Positions 20,153-34,509 of a stretch of 62,105 nucleotides of DNA are shown in pieces. Origin of the DNA: Thecamonas trahens ATCC 50062 (taxonomy: Eukaryota > Protista > Apusomonadida). A program made the translations under genes and the position numbers. Positions within the stretch are counted from its first letter, which is position 1. Every line of letters starts with the position of its first letter. The notes under the pieces are model-generated. The model was not told where the DNA came from and did not search any database. It saw only the letters and a list, made by a program, of their open reading frames with translations. Location: positions 20,337-82,441 of the forward strand of contig NW_013657608.1 in the NCBI RefSeq assembly GCF_000142905.1. Reading direction: 5' to 3'.

Positions 20153-22604
20153 ATGCAAGCGATGGGCATGGAGGAGCGCAAGGCGCCACTGCTGGCACCT
20201 TCTGCGCTACTCCGTCAGCGGTGGAAGGTCATTGATAAGATTGGCCAAGGCGCCTTCGGTACGTTTCCCAGCATCCCCCCCCCCCCCCCCCCCCCCCCTC
20301 CCGGTCGGTCATGGCCTCGAGTGGCACCTCGTGGTCTTCAATCATTTTTACATTAGTCTTGTGTCTTGCGCCATTGTTCGGCCCTTGCCCTGCCTCTGTC
20401 CAATGTCGCCACCGTCGCCCAGGCCGCCGTCACCACCACGCCCATGCCAACGGCTGTGAGGTAGCCATGGACATATGCCTGCGACAATGGCTGGGCAGAG
20501 CATGGCCCACATAGCTTTGACTTGTTACTCTGCACCAGACTCCCCCGTAGTCCTCCACACAGGGGGAAACACCCCTTGCAACGCTGAGCAAGGAGTCGGC
20601 CACGCGTCGCAGGCTCGCCACCGCCGACCGACGGCAATTTTCGCCTGAACGGGGCGCGAGCCTCCCGACGGCGGGCCTTGGCAAGAGCGAACACGCCCTG
20701 GGGACAGAGAAGGAAGGAAGTAGAGGTTTTTTTAGAGGCTCATGGTGGAACGACTTACCTCTGCCTGGTGGTATGCTGCATGGGCTGTTGTCTTCCCCGA
20801 CGATGTGGTCCGGTCTGTCGGGCGGGCGTATGCTGTGGCGCTCGGAATGGTTGTGGCCGTCTTTGTTGATTCCATGGGGAACATGGGCTTGACTTGTTGG
20901 TCTCCGCATCCCGATGGTATGCTCTTTCTTCTTGCGTGTACAGGCGAGATCTACCGAGCCATGGACGTGCTCTCGCAAGAGCTGGTGGCCATCAAGTCGG
21001 AGGAGGCCAACTCCAAGAAACAGGTGCTCAAGCTCGAGGTTGCAGTGATCAAGAAGATGCAGGGGAACCCTGCGTTTTGTCGGTTCATCTACTGCGGCCG
21101 CCACGCCAACGTCAACTACGTGGTCATGGACTTGCTTGGTGAGAACCTGTCGGACCTCCGGCGCAAGATGGGCGGCAAGTTCTCCATCGCAACCACCGCC
21201 CGCCTCACCCTGCAACTCATCCGCGGCATTCAAGCCATCCACGAGCAGGGCTACCTTCATCGCGACATCAAGAGCTCCAACTTTGCCATGGGCCGCGACC
21301 GCGACACCGCCCACCAGTGCTATATTATCGACTTTGGCCTCGCCCGCCGCTACCTGCTCCCCAACGGCCAGGTTCGCCCGCCACGCGAGACAACCGGCTT
21401 CCGCGGCACCGCCCGCTACGCCTCGATCAACTCGCATCTCGGTCGCGAGCTCGGCCGCCGCGACGACCTCTACTCGCTTCTCTACGTTTGCATCGAGTTT
21501 ATGAAGGGCTCGCTCCCCTGGCGCCGTATCCGCGCCAAGGAGGAGATCGGCCAGATGAAGCTCAAGATCCGCTGGTCCGAGCTCCTCTCTAACCTCCCAC
21601 TCGAGTTCCTTGCCTTTTCCGGCCATCTCGACTCGCTCGACTACGCCGACGAGCCCGACTACGACCGCCTTTGCTCGCTCATTCGCAAAATGTGCAAGCG
21701 TCTCCGCATCTCACCCGACGAGCCATACGACTGGGAGCGCCGAACGCAGTACACCGACCGCTCGGGCGATACCACCACTCTCGACCTCAACTCGTCCAAC
21801 CATCTCGATGCCGGTGCCGCCGCCGCCGGAGGCGAGGTCCTCCTGCCCGGTGGCCGGGTGGCAGGCGCTGCAGACGCCGCGCCCGCTGCCAACGCCGCCG
21901 CCAACGCCGCCGCCGCAGACGCAAAAATGGCATCCACTCCCGCCATGGGCAACGTCGCAAAGTTCCCGCCCGCAGCCGCTGCCTCGGTTGGCCGCCACCC
22001 GCCCAGCGGTCCCACCGCCGGCTCTGGCTACGCTCCGGCCTACCAGCTTCCAGGCAACGACTCGCTCGCCGTCTCCTCGCGCACCCTCATGTCTTCGACC
22101 TCATCGAATGCCTCCTTCGTCCAGTTTCAGACCTCGCTCGCCAGCACCGGCGCCTTTGAGTCGTCCACCTCACGTTTTGCGGACGACTTTGCCTCGCTCG
22201 AGGCCATGCCCACTGCCTCGCACTCGGGCGCCGGTTTGCAGCTCGGTGGGCCGCTCGTCGGCGTCGCCGTCGCGCCCAGCGCCGGCTCTACCCGCCGCTC
22301 CGCCGCCATCGACTACTCGGACATCCATCTGCAGCCGATCCACGAGGCCGGGGGCTCGTGCTCGCCCCGTGATGGCGGCGCCGTCTCTGGCCCGCAGGAC
22401 GGCCCCATCGAGCTCGAGTCCATGTCGGACGTCTCCTCTCATGCCCCAGGCACTCCGCGCAAGAACTGCGACGCCGCCGACGCGACTGGTGCTCCCGCTG
22501 ATGGGACGCCGGCTGCTGCTGCCGCCTCGCCCACCCCGCCACCTGCAGACTCGGACGCCAACAACGGCACCGCCAAGAACGGTGGCTGCTGCGTCATCAG
22601 CTAG
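20153..22604 (+). CDS. TTBK: Tau-tubulin kinase-like (CK1 group) Ser/Thr kinase; exons 20153-20258 and 20944-22604
   Basis: KIGQGAFG|EIY across a GTACGT...TACAG intron; KQVLKLEVAVIKKMQG, HRDIK, IIDFGLARRY, GFRGTARYAS and ELGRRDDL match the TTBK subfamily. Confidence 0.88.
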
Positions 22605-22672
22605 CAACCTGCCTAACAAACGCACGAGCTGAGCTGTACATCCCCGACACTCGGTACATTTACATCCCCGCG

Positions 22673-25600
22673 TCAGTGCGCCGGCGTCAGCGGCGGCCGG
22701 TAGCCCTGGGTCGGACCGTCGTCGTCGTCATCATCGTCGCCGTCGCCGGAGGCGGCGGCTCCACGCGCGCCGTTGATCGTCTTGAGCGCCTTGATCGGCG
22801 AAAGATTGGGGTCGGCTGCCGACGACGCGCGCTTGCGCTTGCCCGATGCGGCCACCGCANNNNNNNNNNNNNNNNNNNNNNNNNNNNNNNNNNNNNNNNN
22901 NNNNNNNNNNNNNNNNNNNNNNNNNNNNNNNNNNNNNNNNNNNNNNNNNNNNNNNNNNNNNNNNNNNNNNNNNNNNNNNNNNNNNNNNNNNNNNNNNNNN
23001 NNNNNNNNNNNNNNNNNNNNNNNNNNNNNNNNNNNNNNNNNNNNNNNNNNNNNNNNNNNNNNNNNNNNNNNNNNNNNNNNNNNNNNNNNNNNNNNNNNNN
23101 NNNNNNNNNNNNNNNNNNNNNNNNNNNNNNNNNNNNNNNNNNNNNNNNNNNNNNNNNNNNNNNNNNNNNNACCGGCTTGGGCTTCTGGAACGTCGCCCGC
23201 TGTGGCGCAAACCGCGGAGCAGCCGCCGGCTTGGGCGCAAACTTGGTGGTGAGTGCCACCGCCATCCGGTCCGCGAGCGCAGGCATGTTGTGCTTCTGCG
23301 CCAGCGCGAGTGCCATGTTCGCTGCCGTCCGCTCACGGAGCCGGGTGAAGAGATCCAGCGCCCGCAGCCGGTGGCCGGCAAGCAGCTCCTGACGGAACAG
23401 CCGCAGCGTGTTCTTGTCCACGTCCGCCGTCCGGTTCGCCGCCCGCGCCTCGAGCTCCACCACGCTCAATCCGAGGTACCCGGCCCGTGGGCTGGCGAGC
23501 AGGTCCGAGACGGCAACCAGCGTCGTCTCGGCGAGGAGCCGCGCAGACTCGAGGCCGACCGCGCCCGACGCTGCCACCACCGGCATCTTGAGCTCACGCC
23601 GCTCCAGAAGCGGCGGCGGGAGCGTTGGCGGGTACTCGGCCGCGCCCTTGCAACGCACCACCATCGCCGCAGACTCGAGAATGCCCACCATCCACAGGCT
23701 GTCTGCCGCTACCGGGCCAAACGAGACAGACTTGCGCTTCCGGCGCCGCGACTTGCTCTTACTCTTGCCCTTGCCCACACTCTCATCGTCGGCCGCCGGA
23801 GCCACCACCAGCGAGCCAATCGGGAGCCACGCCGAGCCCCACGCCGAGGTCCGCGCCCGGATCACGCCCGCGCTGTCGGTCGTCACCAGCTCGCCAATGT
23901 CAGAGAACCCGATCCAGGTCAGCGTCGAGCCCGGCGAGAGCGGCAAGTCACCGCCATCGGTCGCGCTTGCGGTCTCCACAGAGTACACGGTGTACCGCAG
24001 GCTCCCGCTCGCTGCCGCGTACACCACTGCCAGCGCGTCACCCGCCCCAGCCACCGCAATCGGCGCACCCGCCAGCGCAAGCACGCCTAGCGGGAGCCCG
24101 GCGTACGAGAAAATCCGCAGCAGGTTGGCAGACGTCGCCGCCGCCGCCCACTTGTGCCCGATGCCAATGGCCACCGGGTCCTCGCCCGCAGGCAGCTGCA
24201 CGAACCACTCCGAGTCGGTCGTCCACGACGAAAAAGGCCGGTACGAGAGCACCGCCGGAATGTCGCCCGCAGCGTCCGCGCGCGACGCAAAGAATGCCCC
24301 GAGCTCGTTGAGCGTCCCCAACCGGAAAAAGTGGTGGTCCGTCACGCGGATCCGCTTGTGCTTGGTCGTGTCCGCAAAGTCGATCTGGATGTCGTTGTAC
24401 GTCCCCTCGTTCCGCGCCACAATCCACCCGGTAAAGTTGTAGCAGAGGAACCGCCGCTTCTCGTCCTCGGGCGTCGAGCCCGGCTGGATCGCCGCCTGGT
24501 GCGGAACCGTGACCACGGCAGACGTCGTCGAAGACGGCACCACGTCCATCGCCATCCTCCCAGACGCTTCGCCGGCCAAAGTGCCCGCGCCCGCTTGCGC
24601 CTGTGCCTCGTCCTCGTCGTCCGACGACGACGAGTCGCCGCCTTCGGTCATGGCAAACAGCTTGGAGAGGACCGACGAAGTCTGCGCCGGAGCCCGGTCG
24701 CGGAGCGAGCGACCCGACTCGCCGTCGCCGCTCCCGGCGGCATCGTCGTCATCGTCGTCGTCACCAGACTCCGAGTCGTCGAGCACAACCTTGCGTCGGA
24801 GCCGCGAGCCGACCGCCACCGTGTTCTTCTCCAGCTCGGCGCTGATCTCGGCCGGGCGGGCAATGACCGCGGTGTCCGAGACGGTGGAAAAGTCTGCAAG
24901 GCCCGAGTCAGCCATCGCGGCAGGTGCTACCGCAGGAGCGGCTGCCGCGCTCTTGCCCGCGCCTGAGCCCGGGCGGGTCACAGGATGCGGCAGATGGCTT
25001 GGCACCGGGTCGAGCCACAGCGTGCGCTCGCCGGTCTCGTTGATGAGCGCCACGGTGGCGTCGACAGGCGACCACTGGGCGCCGATGACGGCCTTGCCCT
25101 TTTCGATGGCACGGACGTCGATGGCCTCGCCGAGGTTCACATCCCACACCGCCACCGACGTGCTGTTGCCCGCTGGTGAGTATGACGCCGAGAGTAGGTA
25201 CAACCCGTTGGGCGAGAAGCGAACAAACGAGACCAGCGAGTCCTTGTGTGCCCGGTCCAAAGTCTTGGCCAGCGTCCACGTCGCCGTGTGGTAGAGCCGG
25301 AGCGAGGACTCGCCCGAGACCGCAAGCAGGGTCCCGTCGGGTGAAAAGGCGATGCCGCCGCGCCCGAGCGTCGCCGGACTCGCCGCCTGCTCCTCCTTCG
25401 AGCCATGCGACGACGAGTTGGTCGCCGGCAGCAGATCCATGCTCGTCACCACACTCTTGGCCTCGACGTCCCACACCTGGACGGCGCCATCGTCGGCGAC
25501 GGTGGCCAGAAGCTTGGAGTCGGGTGACCACGCCAGGGCCCGGACAGGCCCGGCGTGGTTGCGGAGGCAGTTGGCCGAGCTCATGTCGCCGACCGGCACG

Positions 25601-25965
25601 ATCTTGACCGTCGACTCGGCAGCAGCGACGGCGAGGAAGAGTCCACACGGAGAAAAGGCGAGGGCCGAGATGGAGGCCGTGAACCTCGCGGCAAACGACT
25701 GGAACTTGATCTCCGGCCACGACCAGATGGTGACCTTTTTGTCCGTCGCACCCGTCGCTACCAGACTGCCATCCGGCGACATGGCGAGGGCGGTAATGTC
25801 CGAGTTCTTGCTCTCCTTCTCCACGGTCGCTGCCGCCGCCGTAGGCGGAGCAAAGACTCTCACAAAGCCATCCGATCCAGCACTCACCACAGCCTCTCCC
25901 GTCGGGTGGAACACAATGTCCGAGTGCGGGCCGAGGTGCGCACTCTGCCACGTTAGCTTGCTCAT
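22673..25965 (-). CDS. WDHD1: WDHD1/AND-1/Ctf4 replisome factor (WD40 + SepB/Mcl1 domain); gap near 3' end
   Basis: N-terminal WD40 repeats (RFTASISALAFSPCG); SepB domain QPGSTP..KRRFLCYN..G, IDFADT, YRPFSSW, LLRIFS, WLPI; C-terminal VDKNTLRLF...RALDL. Confidence 0.88.
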
Positions 25966-26371
25966 GGGTCTGACTGAGTGAGGTGTGGCGTGAGTGGGGG
26001 TAGATTCTACAGTCAGTGGCGGAAGGGGGGAAGGGGTAGGGATAGGGAGGGGGGGGGAGGGGTGGGTGGGTGGGTGGGTAGGATGGGTGTAAGGAATGGC
26101 GTACATACGTGGGGTGGGTGGGTACAGGTGGGGGGTGGGGCTGGGGGGATTGGGNNNNNNNNNNNNNNNNNNNNNNNNNNNNNNNNNNNNNNNNNNNNNN
26201 NNNNNNNNNNNNNNNNNNNNNNNNNNNNNNNNNNNNNNNNNNNNNNNNNNNNNNCCCCACCACCAGCCCCCACCTCCCCACCCCCCTCCCCCCACCTCCC
26301 CACTCCCCCCAGCCCCACCCCACCACCCCCTCCACACACACCACACACATACACACACGCACGCGCACACC

Positions 26372-29017
26372 ATGATGGCACACACTGCTCTGACTCTGAC
26401 ACTGGCCCTGGCCCTGGCGCTGGTGGTGACTGCTGCGACAGGCAAGGAGAGCGGGTGCCTGGGCGCGTTCGAGACTTGTCCCTTTTCCGGCGCATGCACC
26501 TTGTTTGCTGAAGACTGCCATGTGTGCGAGAGTGCGTCTGCTGGCGCGTACGTGTGCCCGGATCACAAGACTTGCGTGCCGTCTGCTGCCGAGTTTACCT
26601 CCTGCCCGGGCGTCAAGGGCACCCACTGGGATGTGAGCCTGTCGGTGGCAGAGCGCGTGGCGTATGTGGTCAATCGGACGACGGTCAAGGAGCAGGCGGC
26701 GCAGCTGTGGAACTGGGCGCCGGCGCTGTACGATCCGCCCATGCCGGCCTTCAACTGGCTGGACGATGACGAGCACGGCGTGAAGCAGCATCACGCTACT
26801 TCCTTCCCCAACGGCGGCTCGCTCGGCTCGACCTGGTCACCGGCAACGCTCGCGGCCGTCGGCAACGCGGTCGCCACCGAGGCTCGTGGCCTGCTCAACG
26901 GCTTTGTCCGTAGCGGCAACCGCGGCATGTACGAAAACGGCGTGGGCATCACGCTCTATGCGCCGAACATGAACCTCGTCCGCGATCCGCGGTGGGGCCG
27001 CGCCCAGGAAGTGTATTCGGAGGATCCGGAGCTCTCGTCGGCGCTGGTCACCGCCTTTGTGGAGGGCATCCAGGCACGGCACGCCAACGGATCGATGCTC
27101 GCCGCAGCGTGCTGCAAGCACTACGCCTTTTACGATCTGGAAAACGAGCCGGTCACCCGCTTTGTCTTTGACGCCCGCGTCAACGCCGCCAACACCTGGG
27201 AGACCTACCTCGCGGTCTTCCGCCACTGCATTGTGACTGCCAAGGGTGCCTCGGTCATGGCCTCGTACAACGCGGTCAACGGTGTGCCGACCGCCGCCGA
27301 TCCAAACCTGCTCAACGGCGTCCTCCGCGACCGCTGGGGCTTTGAGGGCTTTGTCGTCGGCGACTACGACGCCGCCGCCAACATTGTCAACACCCACCAC
27401 TACTGCCCCGACTACGAGTGTGCCGCGGCTGCGGCCTGGAACGCCGGCCTCGACCAGGAGGGCGGCGGCGTCGACGTCATCTCGGCCATTCCCGACGCCG
27501 TCGCCGCCGGCAAGCTCTCGGCATCGACCGTCGCCGCCTCATTTGGCCGCCTGCTGCGGACCCGGATCCTGCTCGGCCTGTTTGACCCGCCGACATACTC
27601 GGCGTACAACGCCATCGACAACTCGACCAAGTACGTCGAGTCGCCCGCCCACAAGCAGCTCGCCTTTACCGCCGCCGTCCAGGGCACGTGCTTGTACAAG
27701 AACGCGCGGAACGCTCTCCCGCTCGACGCCTCCACCGTCCAGCTCGCCGTCATCGGCCCGCAGGCCGCCGAGCAGGCGCTGCTGCAGGGCAACTACGCAG
27801 TCGCCCCTGACGCAGGCGTAGTGACCCTTCTCGAGGGCCTCGGCGCGTACGTGTCGGGCCAGAACGAGTCGCGGAGCTGCGCTTTTGAGGCCGACACCGA
27901 CTACTACCTCGCCGGACAGGCCGGCGTGGCGGCCTCGTCGCCGGCGGTCTGCTGCTCCATGTGCTCGTGGAACCCCGAGTGCGCGGTGTGGACTTGGTAC
28001 GAGTCGCAGTGCTACCTCAAGCCGGCTGGCCTCAAGCCAACCCACTCGCCTGGGCGGGTCTCAGGCAAGCCGGTGCCCTCGGGCTCGCCCCGTGTCACCT
28101 TTGCGCCGGGCTGCAACGCTGTCGGCTGCTCCGATGAGTCTGGCTTTGCCGCTGCCGGCACGCTGGCTGCCGCCGCCGACGCCGTCATCGTCGTCCTCGG
28201 CCTCAACCAGACCTTTGAGCGTGAGACCCACGACCGGACAACCATCGACTTTCCGCAGGGCCAGTACGACCTCGTCTCGTACCTGCGGTCGGTCACGACC
28301 GCGCCGCTCATCGGCGTCCTCGTCCACGGCGGCACGCTCGCCTTCCACGACATGGTCGACAACCTCGATGCTATCGTCGACGTGTGGTATCCTGGCGAGG
28401 AGGGTGGCAACGCGCTGGCGGCGGTCGTCTTTGGTGCAGCCAACCCGGCCGGCCGTACGCCGGTCACCTACTACGCCGGCGACTGGCAGCTCCCGCAGCC
28501 GGGCAACATGGACCTGTTCTCGGGCCTCGGCACCACCTACCGCTACTTTGTCGGCGAGCCGGTCTTCCCCTTTGGCCACGGCCTCTCGTACACTACCTTT
28601 GCGTACTCGGACCTGCGGCTGCCGACGGCGGCCATCGCGCCGTGCGCCGGCTTTACCGCCACCGTCCGGGTGACCAACACCGGTAAGCGCGACGGCGACG
28701 AGGTTGTCCAGCTCTACGTCTCGCTCCCGGACGCCACCGTTCCCACCGCCCACATCCGCCTCGCCGCCTTTGCCCGCGTCGGCATCGCCGCCGGCGCCTC
28801 GGTCGACGTCGCCCTCGACGTCTCGGCCGAGCGACTCTCGGTCGTTTACAACGGCACCGCCACCTCGGGCCCGGGGCTCTGGCAGCCGACGCTTGCCGTC
28901 GAAGCCGGCGCCGTTCACGTGGGCGTCGGCGGTGGCCAGCCGCATTTTTACCACGGCGCCCTCGAGGGCGTCGTCACCGTCGCCTCTTCCTCGACCGCCT
29001 GCAACTTTGGCGCGTAG
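26372..29017 (+). CDS. Secreted glycoside hydrolase family 3 (beta-xylosidase-like) with PAN/apple insert and Fn3-like domain
   Basis: Signal peptide; RDPRWGRAQEVYSEDP, CCKHY, VMASYNAVNGVP, GFVVGDY (nucleophile Asp), YPGEEGG, FPFGHGLSYTTF, GDEVVQLY. Confidence 0.93.
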   Translation: MMAHTALTLTLALALALVVTAATGKESGCLGAFETCPFSGACTLFAEDCHVCESASAGAYVCPDHKTCVPSAAEFTSCPGVKGTHWDVSLSVAERVAYVVNRTTVKEQAAQLWNWAPALYDPPMPAFNWLDDDEHGVKQHHATSFPNGGSLGSTWSPATLAAVGNAVATEARGLLNGFVRSGNRGMYENGVGITLYAPNMNLVRDPRWGRAQEVYSEDPELSSALVTAFVEGIQARHANGSMLAAACCKHYAFYDLENEPVTRFVFDARVNAANTWETYLAVFRHCIVTAKGASVMASYNAVNGVPTAADPNLLNGVLRDRWGFEGFVVGDYDAAANIVNTHHYCPDYECAAAAAWNAGLDQEGGGVDVISAIPDAVAAGKLSASTVAASFGRLLRTRILLGLFDPPTYSAYNAIDNSTKYVESPAHKQLAFTAAVQGTCLYKNARNALPLDASTVQLAVIGPQAAEQALLQGNYAVAPDAGVVTLLEGLGAYVSGQNESRSCAFEADTDYYLAGQAGVAASSPAVCCSMCSWNPECAVWTWYESQCYLKPAGLKPTHSPGRVSGKPVPSGSPRVTFAPGCNAVGCSDESGFAAAGTLAAAADAVIVVLGLNQTFERETHDRTTIDFPQGQYDLVSYLRSVTTAPLIGVLVHGGTLAFHDMVDNLDAIVDVWYPGEEGGNALAAVVFGAANPAGRTPVTYYAGDWQLPQPGNMDLFSGLGTTYRYFVGEPVFPFGHGLSYTTFAYSDLRLPTAAIAPCAGFTATVRVTNTGKRDGDEVVQLYVSLPDATVPTAHIRLAAFARVGIAAGASVDVALDVSAERLSVVYNGTATSGPGLWQPTLAVEAGAVHVGVGGGQPHFYHGALEGVVTVASSSTACNFGA

Positions 29018-29315
29018 CCATCGCGTCGCGCTTCCGCCGCCCCAAAGCCCAGCAGCATGTTAAAGATGATCATGGTCATGGCTGTGACGACGATGACGTG
29101 ACTGATGAACGAATGGAGGGTATGAGAGTTAGAGGCGCGCACGATGATGATCGACGACAGAGCCAAAATGCTCGAGCATCTCGTCTCAACCTCGCCCCAG
29201 GCCGGACGTGCGGCAGCAGTCGTCACCTCCCTGGTCGTGACCAGCCAGCCAGCGAGTCAGCCACACGCAGACGCCGCGAGACGGCCCACACCCCTCTTCC
29301 CCGACAGACTAACTC

Positions 29316-31582
<2,267 letters not shown>

Positions 31583-31755
31583 TCTGTGCTCTAAACGCGT
31601 GCAACCGATACCACCACAGAGACGAGGTGAGGTGTAGCCCTTCCCCTGCCTGCCTGCCGCCCCGCCCGCACCTGGAATACACTCCACTCCACCCCCACCT
31701 CCCCTCCACCCCTACCACCCCCATCGCCACCACCACGACACATACACCATCGCAC

Positions 31756-33247
31756 ATGTCATCCCCACCGACATCACAGATAGTGGATGAGGCAGGCAAG
31801 GCAGCTGCGCGTGCTGCCTTTGACGAGACCAACGAGGTCATTGCCGTCGACTCGGCCAATGACCTCTATGCCTACAACGAAGAGGAGATCCAAAAGACAC
31901 TCAATGAGAAGAAGTGGAAGAACGAGTACGTATTGAAGGAGAGGGGGGGAGGGGGGAGGGGAAGGGGAAGGGGGGAGGGGGAAGGGGGGAGGGGAGGGGG
32001 AAGGGGAGAGGGGGGGGATTACCTCNNNNNNNNNNNNNNNNNNNNNNNNNNNNNNNNNNNNNNNNNNNNNNNNNNNNNNNNNNNNNNNNNNNNNNNNNNN
32101 NNNNNNNNNNNNNNNNNNNNNNNNNNNNNNNNNNNNNNNNNNNNNNNNNNNNNNNNNNNNNNNNNNNNNNNNNNNNNNNNNNNNNNNNNNNNNNNNNNNN
32201 NNNNNNNNNNNCAAGTATCCGCAACGTAGCGCCCCTCCCCCCCTCCCCTCCCTCCTCCCTCCCTCCCCTCCCTCCCCCCTCCCCCTGCTTGCTGCTGCGG
32301 ACTGGTGGTGGCGGTGATGCTCACGTAGTGTCCACTACTTTAAGCGGACGAAGATCTCGGCCAAGGCGCTGCTGAAGATTGTCATGCACGCGCACTCGGC
32401 GGCAAAGGGCGAGCGCAAGACAGAGATCATGGGCATGCTGCTGGGCAAGGTGGTGGGCGAGACTATCATTGTGCTCGACGCGTTTGAGCTGCCCATTCAG
32501 GGCGAGGAGGCATTCGTCACCGCCGGCGACCAGGCCAACATCTACATGTCCGAGTACGTGGCCAACTCGAAGCTCGCCCGCCCGGAAAACCCCATCGGGT
32601 GGTACCACTCGCATCCGGGCCTGCAGGTCTTTCTCTCGGGCACCGACTGCACCACCCAGAGGCTGTACCAGCAGTTCATGGACCCGTGGCTCGCCATCGT
32701 CATCGACCCGGTCCGCACCATGACCTCGGGCAAGGTCGAGCTCGGCGCGTTCCGCACATACCCGCCGGGTACCTCGGCAGCGTCGGCCTCGTCGGGCTGG
32801 GAGCCTGTTCCGGCCGATCTTATCGAGGAGTTTGGCGTGCACAAGGACGAGTACTACAAGATGGAGACCTCGTACTTCAAGTCGGCCTCGGACGCCGCCC
32901 TTCTTGACCTGCTCTGGGACCAGTACTGGGTCTCGGCCCTCGCCACCAACGCGCTCACCTCCAACGCAGAGTACTTTTCAGACTGCATCCACAAGGTTGC
33001 CCGCAAGCTCGAGGATGCCGAGGAGGAGATGGCCCACTCGTCGTCGTCGTCGTCTGCCCGTTTCCGCGCAGGCGGCGCCGGCGCAGGCTCGTCCATGAGC
33101 TTCCTATCCTCGGCACCAGCCGCTGCAGGCCCGCCAGACTCCAAGCTCGCCCTCTGCGCCGACGAAAGCTCCAAGTTTGCCATCGAGGAGCTTCATGCCC
33201 TCACCACCCAGGTTGTCAAGGACTCGCTCTTCAACATCCGCCGCTAG
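31756..33247 (+). CDS. CSN5: COP9 signalosome subunit 5 (JAB1); exons 31756-31925 and 32329-33247
   Basis: KWKND|VHYFKRTKISAKALLKIVMHA; JAMM motif GWYHSHPG...LSGTD; IVIDPVRT..SGKVELGAFRTYP; LLWDQYW. Confidence 0.93.
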
Positions 33248-33361
33248 ACCAGCATAAAGCTGTGTGTATGTGATGTGTGTGTGTGTGTGTGTTCAGGCGC
33301 TGCCTTGTCTGTGTTATGACCACCATCACTGCGTTCCAGCGTTCTAGGCTGCCTTCCTGCA

Positions 33362-34509
33362 TTACTTTGCCGCAAGGTTGGTGTCGCGAACGTACTGCTC
33401 GAGCTCGCGCAGCGTGATGATGTCCAGCTCGTCGATGTTGATCTCGATTTCCATCGACTACAGAGGGGAGGTGAGTGTGGGAAGGGGAAAGACAAGGTGA
33501 TAGGCAGTAGGGGGTGGGGGGGGGGGGGAGAGAGAGAGGAGGAGGGGGTAGCACGGCAGCATAANNNNNNNNNNNNNNNNNNNNNNNNNNNNNNNNNNNN
33601 NNNNNNNNNNNNNNNNNNNNNNNNNNNNNNNNNNNNNNNNNNNNNNNNNNNNNNNNNNNNNNNNNNNNNNNNNNNNNNNNNNNNNNNNNNNNNNNNNNNN
33701 NNNNNNNNNNNNNNNNNNNNNNNNNNNNNNNNNNNNNNNNNNNNNNNNNNNNNNNNNNNNNNNNNNNNNNNNNNNNNNNNNNNNNNNNNNNNNNNNNNNN
33801 NNNNNNNNNNNNNNNNNNNNNNNNNNNNNNNNNNNNNNNNNNNNNNNNNNNNNNNNNNNNNNNNNNNNNNNNNNNNNNNNNNNNNNNNNNNNNNNNNNNN
33901 NNNNNNNNNNNNNNNNNNNNNNNNNNNNNNNNNNNNNNNNNNNNNNNNNNNNNNNNNNNNNNNNNNNNNNNNNNNNNNNGAGAGGAGGGGGGGGTTGGTA
34001 GGACGTACGTCAGCGGGGACAATGTTGCGAGTCTGGATGATCTCGACGACGCCAGCAAGGCGCTCGCCGGACATCTTCGAGATCTCCTGGCAGAGCTTGC
34101 GCTTCTCGGGGCGAGTCATGGGCTTGTCGTTTGCGTCCTCTGTCCGCTTGCGCTTCTTGGACGATGCCGAGAGCGGAGCAAAGTCCTTCTCAAACGACTC
34201 TGCCAGCTCATCACAATGGGCAACAATCTCGGAAGAGGCCTGGTTGTACGAGCGGCAGTTGTGGAAGACCTGACGGACGTCAGCTGCAAACTCTGCCTCG
34301 GTCTGGTACCTGTTCAGCTCAAGCTTGCGACGAATAGTGCCCAGGTCCATGGGGTGCTTCACCACCGTAAAGTAGTCCGGGATGCCCAGCGCCTCAGCGT
34401 CCACAGGCTCGAGGAACGGGCCAGCCTTGGGATGCGACATAAGCCGCTCAAGAATCTCACGGCAAGCCGGGTCAAGGTCCTTGCCTCCCATGTTCGTAGA
34501 CGAAGCCAT
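33362..34509 (-). CDS. Single bromodomain + ET domain protein (BET/GTE-like); exons 34509-34009 and 33457-33362 (intron contains gap)
   Basis: Bromodomain PFLEPVD...IPDYFTVVKHPMDLGTI...NCRSYN; ET domain PMTRPEKRKLCQEI...VVEII..|SMEIEINIDELD..TLRELEQYV. Confidence 0.88.
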
